A DNA stretch of 64,000 bases, taken from assembly GCA_051872395.1 (NCBI GenBank), contig JBJEDU010000030.1, forward strand, positions 1,372-65,371, in the 5' to 3' direction. Below are positions 1-8,540 of the stretch, in pieces. Both the position numbers and the translations under genes were made by a program. Numbering within the stretch: position 1 is the first letter of the stretch; the number at the start of each line of letters is the position of its first letter. The notes beneath the pieces were generated by a model. That model worked only from the letters and a program-made list of their open reading frames with translations. It searched no databases and was not told the DNA's origin. This DNA comes from Bacilli bacterium (lineage in GTDB: Bacteria > Bacillota_I > Bacilli_A > RFN20 > CAG-826).

Positions 1-288
1 AAGAAGCGAATAATTGATATTTATGTGATTAATTCCGCGATTTCTATGATCAAAGAAAATAAAAATAATGTGGAAATTATATTGAGTGATGATTATTTAA
101 GTATTCGCGCTGTGGGGAATTTAATATTTGAAGCATTAATTCCATATTTAGGATTTATTAAAGTCAATTATCTTAATAAAAGGTTTACTATTTATGTAAA
201 TAAAAGAGATAATTGGATGGATGATTTGATTGAGATTTTAAAAAGTCTTCATAATGTTTACAATATGAATAGGAAAATTGAAGTATGA
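1..288 (+). CDS. 3' end of a gene entering the window, probably transcription-repair coupling factor (TRCF C-terminal domain)
   Basis: Frame is open from base 1 (KKRIIDIYV...). Its position just before an S4-domain gene and tilS matches the Bacillota mfd-yabO-...-tilS order. Sequence resemblance is weak. Confidence 0.45.
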   Translation, partial: KKRIIDIYVINSAISMIKENKNNVEIILSDDYLSIRAVGNLIFEALIPYLGFIKVNYLNKRFTIYVNKRDNWMDDLIEILKSLHNVYNMNRKIEV

Positions 289-518
289 GAATCGATTTAT
301 TTTTAAAAAAGACAATGATTGTTAAGCGTCGTGTTGTCGCTCAAGAATTAGTTAGTAGTGGAAAGATTTTATTAAATAAAAAAATCGTAAAACCTTCTGC
401 AGAAGTTAAAACTAATGACATAATTTCAATCAATATACCTGGTCGAGAAAAGGAATATGTTGCTTCAATTGAATTAAGGAAAGATAAGGAAGTTCCTTCC
501 TTTAAAGAAAATGATTAA
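285..518 (+). CDS. S4 RNA-binding domain protein (YabO/RqcP/Hsp15-like)
   Basis: MRIDLFLK...VKRR..AQE...G.I.LN....KPS.EVK..D.I pattern; located upstream of tilS. Confidence 0.85.
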   Translation: MRIDLFLKKTMIVKRRVVAQELVSSGKILLNKKIVKPSAEVKTNDIISINIPGREKEYVASIELRKDKEVPSFKEND

Positions 519-1725
519 CATTAATAAATTAGATAAAAATCAACATTACTTATTAGCGTGTTCTTTTGGAGTGGATTCGATGTGTTTAGCGGATTTGCTA
601 ATAAAAAATGGATACAAATTTTCGATTGCGTTTGTGAATTATCATTTAAGAAAAGAGAGTGATATTGAAGAAAAAAATATCAAAATGTATGCTAAAAAGA
701 ATAATCTTGATTTATATATTTATGACAATAAAGAAAAGATTGAAAGAAACGTTGAGGCAACTTGTCGAAATATTCGTTATAATTTCTTCCTTTCTTTATG
801 TAACCAGTTTCATTTTTCTGCATTACTGGTCGCGCATCAATTAGACGATCATATTGAAACGTATTATTTGCAAAAAAATAGGAAGTCGCTTTTATTTTAT
901 TATGGATTAAAGGAAGAATCATTTTATCATTCAATGAAAGTTATTAGACCACTTTTAAATGTCACCAAAGAAGAAATTATTAACTACAATAATGAAAATA
1001 ATGTTCCTTATTCAATTGACGCGACTAATTTAATTCCTCTTTATGAAAGAAACAAAATTAGAATCGAAAGAATCAATAAAATGAGTAAAGAAGAAAAGAT
1101 TACAGAGAAAGAAAATATTGATAATGAGAATGCAAAAATTTCTAAAATTATTAATGATTTAAATTTTAATAATTTGCATAAAATTCCTTATTTATTATCA
1201 TTAGATAAAATATCATTTATTTATGCATTAAATATACTAATTAAAAGATTAGATTCTTCTTTCTTTATTTCTAAGTCTTTTGCGTTAGAAATAAAGAAGA
1301 TAATAAGTTCTTTAAAAAGCAATATTAAATGCAACATTAAAAATAATGTCTACTTAGAAAAATCATATGATGAACTTCATTTTTATTTAGATAAGGATAT
1401 TTCCTATTCTTATGTTATTTATGATTTTCACTTATTGGATAATCAATACTTCTATTTTAACGTTAAAGAGAACAACCATAGAAATATCAAAAAGAAAGAT
1501 TTTCCACTTACTATTAGAAACGCTAAAAAGGATGATGAATACAAGATTAAAAATTATAAAGTTAAACTCAATAAATTATTCAAAGATTATAAAATGCCTT
1601 TAAGAATAAGAAAGGTATGGCCAGTTATTGAAAATGTTAATAAAGAGATAATTTATGTCCCTCGATATAAAAAAGGATATGAGATAAAGCAAAACGAAGA
1701 CTTCTATGTCAAAGTTGATTTGTAG
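511..1725 (+). CDS. tilS: tRNA(Ile)-lysidine synthetase
   Basis: PP-loop SFGVDS, VNYHLR, R..RY, AHQLDD..ET, IRPLL, NxxxxYERN and a TilS C-terminal domain. Confidence 0.95.
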   Translation: MININKLDKNQHYLLACSFGVDSMCLADLLIKNGYKFSIAFVNYHLRKESDIEEKNIKMYAKKNNLDLYIYDNKEKIERNVEATCRNIRYNFFLSLCNQFHFSALLVAHQLDDHIETYYLQKNRKSLLFYYGLKEESFYHSMKVIRPLLNVTKEEIINYNNENNVPYSIDATNLIPLYERNKIRIERINKMSKEEKITEKENIDNENAKISKIINDLNFNNLHKIPYLLSLDKISFIYALNILIKRLDSSFFISKSFALEIKKIISSLKSNIKCNIKNNVYLEKSYDELHFYLDKDISYSYVIYDFHLLDNQYFYFNVKENNHRNIKKKDFPLTIRNAKKDDEYKIKNYKVKLNKLFKDYKMPLRIRKVWPVIENVNKEIIYVPRYKKGYEIKQNEDFYVKVDL

Positions 1726-1752
1726 TATAATGATAACAGAAGGAGAAAAGTT

Positions 1753-2724
1753 ATGTGTACAGCTTTAAGTAAACAAATTAACGACAATCATTACTTTGGG
1801 CGAAACTTAGATCTTAATTATCCATTTAAAGAATCTATCATCGTCGTTAGTCGTCTTCATCCTTTAACTTTTAAAAAAGTTCCAACTTTATTATCTCATC
1901 ATGCAATTTATGGAATCGGCATCGTCAAAGATAATTATCCATTTTATTTCGATTGTGCGAATGAATATGGATTAACTTTTGCTGGTCTTAATTTTCCAAA
2001 TAATGCAGTATTTTATCCAGTTGACGATAATAAGATTAATATTGCGCCTTATGAACTTCCATTATATTTGCTTGGAAAATATAAAACAGTCAAAGAAGTG
2101 AGAGAAGCATTAAAGGAAATAAATATATGTGATATTCCTTTTTCAAAAGAACTTCCTTTATCAACACTTCATTACATTATTTCTGATAAAACTGATTGTA
2201 TTGTCATTGAACAAACAAAAGAAAAAATGAATATCTATGATAATCCATTTGGAGTATTAACCAATAATCCTCCTTTCCCTTATCATGCATTAAATATTAA
2301 TAATTATTCATCTTTAACAAACAAAGAACCAACGAATAGATTCGCTAAAGATTTAAATTTATTCAATTATGGTAAAGCCATGGGTGCGATTGGTTTACCA
2401 GGAGATTCTTCACCAGCATCAAGATTCGTAAAAGCGACATTTTTATTACACAATATTCGTTTTAGTGAAGATGATGACTTCAACATTTCTCAAATGTTGC
2501 ATATTTTGAATAATGTTTCAACTTTAAAAGGGGAATGTGTTCTTGATGATGGAAGTGAAGAATATACAGTCTATTCATCAATGTATAATTTAAATAAAAA
2601 AGAATTATTTGTTCGTGCTTATGAAAGAGGTTCAATCTTTAAATACACTTTAAATAATTCGTTAGATAATGACAAATTAGATGTGATTGAAATAGATCAC
2701 TCAATTAAATTTATTAATTTATAA
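1753..2724 (+). CDS. Choloylglycine hydrolase family Ntn-hydrolase (bile salt hydrolase / penicillin V acylase)
   Basis: Cys2 nucleophile (MCTA), YFGRNLD, NEYGL, LTNNPPF, GLPGD.S..SRF; RBS AGGAG. Confidence 0.92.
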   Translation: MCTALSKQINDNHYFGRNLDLNYPFKESIIVVSRLHPLTFKKVPTLLSHHAIYGIGIVKDNYPFYFDCANEYGLTFAGLNFPNNAVFYPVDDNKINIAPYELPLYLLGKYKTVKEVREALKEINICDIPFSKELPLSTLHYIISDKTDCIVIEQTKEKMNIYDNPFGVLTNNPPFPYHALNINNYSSLTNKEPTNRFAKDLNLFNYGKAMGAIGLPGDSSPASRFVKATFLLHNIRFSEDDDFNISQMLHILNNVSTLKGECVLDDGSEEYTVYSSMYNLNKKELFVRAYERGSIFKYTLNNSLDNDKLDVIEIDHSIKFINL

Positions 2725-3300
2725 TAAGCTTTCTAATAATATCTTAATACCGACCGCTAAAAAGATAATTGCTGAAATTAATCCAGACCAATTTTTAAGT
2801 ATTTTACTCAAATATTTTGCTAAAAACCCAGTAAAAAATGAAATAAACCAAGTAATTAAGCCAATCATAAGAAAGATTATTAAAGCATCTATAATTGGGC
2901 TAGAAACATAAACAAACCCAATACATAATGCATCGATTGATGTAGCAATTGCTTGAACAATTATTTCTTTAAATTTTATTTTGCTCTTCTCTTCAATTTC
3001 TTTCTTTTCTTTTCTATCCTTAAAATCTTTTATCCATTCCACAAAAGCTTTTATGGAAAGTAACACTAGTAAAGAAAAAGCAATCCAAGGAATAGCTTTT
3101 TCAATATATTTTGCGAAGGTGTTGCCTATTCCATAACCGATAAAAGGCATCGCAAACTGAAAGAGACCAAAAATAAAAGAAATCAACACTAATTTGCTAA
3201 CTTTGATTCCTTCTTCTTTTAAACCGTTCGTGGCATTTACACTAGCGGCGTCCAGTGACATAGAAACAGAAATGGAAGCAGCTTCTAAATAATTAACCAT
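2719..3300 (-). CDS. mntP: Manganese efflux pump MntP family membrane protein
   Basis: Two repeats with SLDA and ATSIDA motifs, FQFAMP, about 6 TM segments. Confidence 0.85.
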   Translation of the reverse strand: MVNYLEAASISVSMSLDAASVNATNGLKEEGIKVSKLVLISFIFGLFQFAMPFIGYGIGNTFAKYIEKAIPWIAFSLLVLLSIKAFVEWIKDFKDRKEKKEIEEKSKIKFKEIIVQAIATSIDALCIGFVYVSSPIIDALIIFLMIGLITWFISFFTGFLAKYLSKILKNWSGLISAIIFLAVGIKILLESLL

Positions 3301-3338
3301 AATACTCGTAAGAAAGATTATATATGTATCTATTTATA

Positions 3339-3833
3339 TTAATCAATATAATGTATACGTTTTTTATCAAATCTATTAATAATTTCTTTTTCTTCGTTTT
3401 TATATCCTATCGTTATAATAGCGAAAGGAGATAAACTATCATCAATTTGTAACATTGATTTTACTAATTCAATTCTTTCTTTTATTGGATCTATTCCAAT
3501 ATAGCAAGAACCCAAAGATAATGAAGTTGCCGCTAATAAGATGTTTTCTGAACAAATAGCTAAGTCTATCTCTTTCCATTTATAATCTCCAAGTTCTGTT
3601 TTAAAACAAGGAACAATTATCATAGGTGCGGTTTTTATAAATTTTCCATAGATTAATTTTTCACTTAATTCATTCAATATTTCTTTATTTTTAACAACCA
3701 AAAATTCCCATGGCTGTGTATTTCTTGCACTTGGAGCTTGCATCGCAGCTTTTAAAATATATTCGATATCATCGTCATTAACTTCTTTAGATTGATAAGA
3801 CCTGATAGAGTTTCTTTTAAATATCTCGTCCAT
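3339..3833 (-). CDS. Nitroreductase family protein
   Basis: R.SIRSY, APSARNTQPWEF, LGSCYIG. Confidence 0.92.
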   Translation of the reverse strand: MDEIFKRNSIRSYQSKEVNDDDIEYILKAAMQAPSARNTQPWEFLVVKNKEILNELSEKLIYGKFIKTAPMIIVPCFKTELGDYKWKEIDLAICSENILLAATSLSLGSCYIGIDPIKERIELVKSMLQIDDSLSPFAIITIGYKNEEKEIINRFDKKRIHYID

Positions 3834-3872
3834 TTTTTAGAATTTCCCTTTTATGATATATTAACAAAGTTA

Positions 3873-3902
3873 TTGATTTATTTCTAAATAAACGAGTATA
3901 AT
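3873..3902 (+). promoter_or_regulatory. Sigma-A-like promoter of tRNA-Ala
   Basis: TTGATT-N18-TATAAT ending 11 nt before the tRNA. Confidence 0.55.
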
Positions 3903-3913
3903 CATAGTGTTTC

Positions 3914-3989
3914 GGGGCTGTAGCTCATCTGGAAGAGCGCTTCCATGGCATGGAAGAGGTGGAGGGTTCGAGCCCCTTCAGCTCCACCA
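3914..3989 (+). tRNA. tRNA-Ala (anticodon GGC)
   Basis: Acceptor stem GGGGCTG/CAGCTCC with the G3:U70 alanine identity pair; anticodon arm CTTCC-ATGGCAT-GGAAG; GTTCGA T-loop; encoded CCA. Confidence 0.97.
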
Positions 3990-4002
3990 TCTAGTAAAAG
4001 TC

Positions 4003-4037
4003 GACACTTTTGACAAATCAAGAGTGTCTTTTATTTT
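4003..4037 (+). terminator. Probable intrinsic terminator after tRNA-Ala
   Basis: GACACTTTTG-acaaat-CAAGAGTGTC hairpin followed by TTTTATTTT. Confidence 0.6.
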
Positions 4038-4099
4038 ATAAAAGAAATGTCGACTTTATTAATAAAATATGCAGAATTATATATAAGGCAGATGATATT

Positions 4100-4581
4100 A
4101 TGGCAAAAAAAGTAATTAATGTTAATTTAATTTATTTAAAGGTATTAAATCTATTATTGAAGAATCAAAAAAGTTAGTTGCTAGAAATGTGAATGCTATA
4201 ATGCTACAAACTTATTGGAATATTGGTAGAAGAATTGTTGAAGAAGAGCAAAACGGTAACATGAGAGCTGAGTATGGTTCAGCCCTTCTTAAAGGACTAT
4301 CATAAGAATTAACAAAGGTGTATGGTAAGGGTTTTTCTAAATCTAATTTATTCTTGATGAGAAGATTTTATCTTGAATTTCCAAAATTCCAAACACTGTC
4401 TGGAAAATTGAGTTGGTCTCATTATTTACTCCTTTTAGGTGTATTGGACTTGAACGCTAGAGGATTTTATGAACACGAATGTGAAAATTCTAATTGAAGT
4501 GTTAGAGAACTTGAAAGGCAAATTGATTCTCAACTTTATACTCGTTTACTATTATCCCTAAAACGAAATGATTTAAAGTAA
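4100..4581 (+). pseudogene. YhcG/DUF1016 (PDDEXK nuclease-associated) N-terminal domain pseudogene
   Basis: Manual translation gives YWNIGRRIVEEEQ.G..RAEYG, GKGFS..NL..MRRFY, LSWSHY and *SVRELERQI. There is a 5' frameshift, in-frame TAA 4303-4305 and TGA 4495-4497, and the nuclease half is missing. Confidence 0.88.
4558..4577. repeat. 20-bp direct repeat copy 1 (CTAAAACGAAATGATTTAAA)
   Basis: Identical to 6784-6803; lies at the truncation point of the DUF1016 pseudogene. Confidence 0.85.
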
Positions 4582-4769
4582 AGAAGAAGTCAAATCGTTA
4601 AATTATTGAAATCGTTAAGCGATTTAAACTGATCACTTTTTAAAAAACAAAATAATTGCTCAATATAAATCTAAGATAAAAATCAATAAATAATAAATTT
4701 AAACTGCGCAAAAATATTTATTTATTAAAAATTGCGCGGTATAATGCTATTGATATATGAGGCGATATT

Positions 4770-5951
4770 ATGATAATACGTGAAAAATATTTAAAACAAA
4801 TAAGACCGTTTTATGACAGCGACTTAATCAAAATAATAACTGGGATAAGAAGATGTGGTAAATCAGTTATTTTAAAAACCATATATGATGAAATAAATCA
4901 TATCACTTCGAATACAATTTATTTCGATTTTGAAGATGCTACTGATTTAAAAAAGGCTGGTACTGTTGATTTGTTGTTAAGCTATGTAGAACAAAACAAA
5001 AAAGAAGGGAAATGCTACATATTTTTAGATGAAGTACAAAATGTAAAAGATTGGGCTATTGCTGTAAGAACTCTAAGACTTCACAATAACTCTGTATTCA
5101 TCTCTGGTTCTAACTCTAAGTTATTATCTAAAGAATTTGCTAGCGAATTATCTGGAAGATATATTTCTTTTAGGATTAGGCCTTTTGTTTATAAAGAAAT
5201 AGTTGAGTATTCAAATCAAATAGGAAGGAATTTTAATGTTATAGATTATTTAATATGGGGAGGCTTTCCAAAAAGATTTGATATGGAAAATGATGAGTCA
5301 ACAATTAGATATTTAAAAGATTTAGAAGATACAATTGTTATAAAAGATTTAATAAAAAGATATAAAATCAAAAAACCTGATCTATTTAAAAAATTCGTTA
5401 ATTTCGTTTTAAGAAATAATTCTAGATTATTATCAGCAAGATCTATTCATAAATATTTAGAAGGGCAAGGTATTGAATGTTCTTCAAATACAGTTTTAGG
5501 CTATATGCATTATCTAAAAGAGGCTTATGTTATAGAAGAATTGCCCCAATATTCAACAAAGGTTAAAAGAGAATTAAACTTTAATCCTAAATTATATAAT
5601 TCGGATGTTTGTTTTAATTCTTTAAAAGTTGACAACAGAAGATATGATTTAGATCATAATTTAGAAAACATTGTATATAATGAACTTTCATATATGGGAT
5701 ATGATTTAAAAGGTTTTGAGAATAAAGGAAAAGAGATAGATTTTATTGCTACAAAAAATGGGAAAACATATTTAGTGCAAGTCGCTTATAGTGTTGTTGA
5801 TGAAAAAGCATATAAAAGGGAGTTTGGTGCATTTGCTGATTTAGATAATAGCAACCAAAAAGTATTAATAACAAATGATACAATAGATTATTCAACATCT
5901 ACGGTACGTCATATTAAACTTGAAGACTTCTTAATGATGGATGAATTGTAA
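4770..5951 (+). CDS. AAA+ ATPase with DUF4143 C-terminal domain (AAA_14/COG1373 type)
   Basis: Walker A GIRRCGKS, Walker B FLDEVQ, SGSNS, GGFP, C-terminal EIDF...QV. Confidence 0.9.
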   Translation: MIIREKYLKQIRPFYDSDLIKIITGIRRCGKSVILKTIYDEINHITSNTIYFDFEDATDLKKAGTVDLLLSYVEQNKKEGKCYIFLDEVQNVKDWAIAVRTLRLHNNSVFISGSNSKLLSKEFASELSGRYISFRIRPFVYKEIVEYSNQIGRNFNVIDYLIWGGFPKRFDMENDESTIRYLKDLEDTIVIKDLIKRYKIKKPDLFKKFVNFVLRNNSRLLSARSIHKYLEGQGIECSSNTVLGYMHYLKEAYVIEELPQYSTKVKRELNFNPKLYNSDVCFNSLKVDNRRYDLDHNLENIVYNELSYMGYDLKGFENKGKEIDFIATKNGKTYLVQVAYSVVDEKAYKREFGAFADLDNSNQKVLITNDTIDYSTSTVRHIKLEDFLMMDEL

Positions 5952-5973
5952 TGTATAAAAACATTTATAAGGA

Positions 5974-6372
5974 TTGATATTTTTGCAGTTCGAAATGATA
6001 AATACAATCTATAATCATTTCATATCAGCACACAAGTTTAGAGGTATTCCAACTATTGTTTCAAAATATGGAAAAAAAGTAATTTCGCTCAAAGAAAACA
6101 ACATTATGGTTACCATTCCATTTAATCGAATTAATAATGCAGGTGATAAAGTGGGTGATAAAACACTGAACGTATCCGAAATTAAAGTTATTGCAGAAAT
6201 ACGAAATAATCCAAATATCACAAAACCTCAATTAATGATTAAATGTGATTTAGGAAAGACATCAATTGATAATATAATCAAAAAGTTAAGAGAAATGAAT
6301 TATATTGGAAGAATTGGTGCTAATAAAATGGTTATTGGAAAGTTAACAAATAACTATCTAACTGAAGCTTAG
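5974..6372 (+). pseudogene. C-terminal fragment of an ATP-binding/HATPase_c_4 (RecG C-terminal-like) protein with wHTH
   Basis: RGIPTI...YG....KENNI.VTIPF followed by an HTH (NPNIT...L......I..L....YI.RIG); no good start; related fragment at 7871-8133. Confidence 0.65.
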
Positions 6373-6600
6373 ATTACTAGTTTAATCTCTTTACCATTTC
6401 TAAGAATGAAGAGCACGAATCCATCATGAGTTACGACCATCTTCTGAATTAACTTATTAAACAATGATTCATCAAATTGGAGTGGAAGTTCTTTGCATTT
6501 CTTTAGTATATCTATAAAAGAAGTAATAGCGATGAATTTTGTTTTCCTCGTTTCATTTTCTTCTATATAAGAGCGTTGTATCTACTTTCAGCATCATTAT
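6369..6600 (-). pseudogene. 3' remnant of a large serine recombinase
   Basis: Manual minus-strand translation ...ITSFIDILKKCKELPLQFDESLFNKLIQKMVVTHDGFVLFILRNGKEIKLVI* matches the FDE.L....V....V..DG...F...NG.EI terminus typical of Bacillota ICE/IME serine recombinases. Confidence 0.65.
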
Positions 6601-6618
6601 GTCATTTATCTAAGAATG

Positions 6619-6771
6619 CATCTTGTATACGTAAGGTAATGCGCACAATCGTATTGCCTTTTTTCTTGCTTTTATAGCAGAATTTAGTCATTTAAATATG
6701 TTAATGATTTAAAATGGTGGTCTAATTTTATTTATGGTCTCTTCATCAACACACTTAACTGATAGAGTGAA
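6619..6771. repeat. 153-bp direct repeat copy 1
   Basis: Aligns without gaps to 8343-8495 with 18 mismatches by manual count (~88% identity). Confidence 0.92.
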
Positions 6772-6783
6772 GAAAACATTACA

Positions 6784-6803
6784 CTAAAACGAAATGATTT
6801 AAA
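6784..6803. repeat. 20-bp direct repeat copy 2
   Basis: Identical to 4558-4577. Confidence 0.85.
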
Positions 6804-6891
6804 AATATTATATTTGCTGATGTAGCACTTCTTGATTTTAGGGAACATTATATATATAATTAAATTAAATTAGTTCCCTAAAGAGGTAATT

Positions 6892-7833
6892 ATGGAAAAT
6901 AATTTTTTAAAAATTCAAGAATTATTGAATCGACGTGCAGAATTTCAAACTCGATTAAATTTTTTTCCTTATGATGGTACACCCGAAGTTAAAACTATTT
7001 CAGGGAAAAGATATTTATATGTTCGCAAAAGAGAATTAGATAAAGTTAAATCCACATATGTAGGAGAATATTCTGAAGAACTATATAATGTTTTATTAAA
7101 GAATAATGCCGAAGCAAAATCTATTAGAAAAGAAATAAGGCATATCGATAAAGAACTAGCTTTACTAGGCTATAAAGATGAGAAATTATCTGAAAGGGTA
7201 ATACTAAATTTAGAATTTGCTCGTTCTAATATGAAAAAAATTATTTATGATCAGGCTGTTTTAGAAGGTGTAGCAACTACTTTTCCAGACACTGAAACTA
7301 TATTAGAAAATGGTGTCGTAAAAAATGCTAAAATAGAAGATATTCAAAAAATTATTAACCTTAAACATGCTTGGCAATTTATTTTAGATAAGGATGTCAT
7401 TCAATCACGTAGTGACTATTATTTAGCTTCCTATATTGCTAAATTAGTTAATGAGGGTTTATTAGCTATTCCAAATGGTGGGCAAATAAGAGGCGTTCCT
7501 GTTACAATTGGCGGTTCAACTTATATTCCTCCTATACCTTCGGAATATATTGTTAAACAAAATATTATTGATTTATTAGATTCTGACCTAGAAGATATTG
7601 ATAAAGCAATTGAACTATGCTTATATGTTATGAAAACTCAAATATATAACGATGGTAATAAACGAACAGCTATTGTTTATGCAAATCATTATTTAATTTC
7701 TAAAGGACAAGGTTTGTTAGTGATTGATTATAATAAAGTAAGTGATTTTAAAAAACTCCTTATTTCTTATTATGAAGATAAAGATTTAGTTTCAATAAAA
7801 AAGTTTTTAAAGGAATGTTGGATGAAATTTTAA
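6892..7833 (+). CDS. Fic/Doc family protein with N-terminal extension
   Basis: Variant Fic motif QIYNDGNKRTA, G.IR...V.IGG..YIPP, and a basic N-terminal domain. Confidence 0.88.
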   Translation: MENNFLKIQELLNRRAEFQTRLNFFPYDGTPEVKTISGKRYLYVRKRELDKVKSTYVGEYSEELYNVLLKNNAEAKSIRKEIRHIDKELALLGYKDEKLSERVILNLEFARSNMKKIIYDQAVLEGVATTFPDTETILENGVVKNAKIEDIQKIINLKHAWQFILDKDVIQSRSDYYLASYIAKLVNEGLLAIPNGGQIRGVPVTIGGSTYIPPIPSEYIVKQNIIDLLDSDLEDIDKAIELCLYVMKTQIYNDGNKRTAIVYANHYLISKGQGLLVIDYNKVSDFKKLLISYYEDKDLVSIKKFLKECWMKF

Positions 7834-7870
7834 ATCATTTTCTGACTTAGTTATTCCCTTCAATGAATCG

Positions 7871-8133
7871 ATGATAACAGCTTATAACGATCGAATAAAA
7901 ATCCTATCGAGTGGTACTATACCGCCACTACAAACGATAGTTGGTTTTATGAAGGCTGCTCCATTTCTTTAAAAATAAATTGTCTGAAAATTTTCATTAA
8001 CTCCATATAAGTGAATAGACATGAATAGATATTCCCACGATTATTTCAAGATATACATATATAAAAGTAATTTTACTCAAAGAAAATAACATTAGAGTTA
8101 CTATACCATTTAATTGTATTAATGATGCGGGTT
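7871..8133 (+). pseudogene. Second decayed HATPase_c_4 (RecG C-terminal-like) fragment
   Basis: MITAYNDRIKILSSGTIPPLQTIVGFYEG, then frameshifts and stops, then ENNIRVTIPF (paralogous to ENNIMVTIPF in 5974-6372). Confidence 0.65.
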
Positions 8134-8221
8134 CATCATTAGGATCTTGCTTAACTAATTTACCTTCGATTGCGTATTGGAAAATTGATTTCTTTAGCTT
8201 GTCAGGAAATTCTTCTTCAAG
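8120..8221 (-). pseudogene. Type I restriction-modification specificity subunit (HsdS) conserved-region fragment
   Basis: Minus-strand translation LEEEFPDKLKKSIFQYAIEGKLVKQDPNDEPASL matches the HsdS conserved helical spacer motif. Confidence 0.85.
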
Positions 8222-8342
8222 TATTACTGAATCATTGTTTCCAATCTTCCCATGATAGCAATTATCATCAATAAAGCGGATATCACCCTTTGATTAATTT
8301 TCTATCTCTTAGTGTGAATTGTATCTTAAAACTTAGATGATA

Positions 8343-8495
8343 CATCTTGTATAAGTAAGGTGATACGTATAATCGTATTGCCTTTTTTCTTGCTTTTATA
8401 GCAGTATTTACTCATTTAAATATGTTAACAATTTGAAATGGTTGTCTAATTTCATTTTTAGTTTCTTCATCTACTCACTTAACGGATAGAGTGAA
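8343..8495. repeat. 153-bp direct repeat copy 2
   Basis: See copy 1; lies just upstream of the second AAA ATPase. Confidence 0.92.
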
Positions 8496-8540
8496 TAAAA
8501 TTGCAAGAACTTGCAAAAATTTTAGTTAGAGGTGAACAGA

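Noticed and set aside
3301-3338. yybP-ykoY manganese riboswitch upstream of mntP
   Set aside because: There are only 38 bp between the genes, too short for the aptamer.
3997-4057. AAAGTCGACA/TGTCGACTTT inverted repeat after the tRNA as an element end
   Set aside because: It is only 10 bp, overlaps the terminator, and has no partner elsewhere that I could find.
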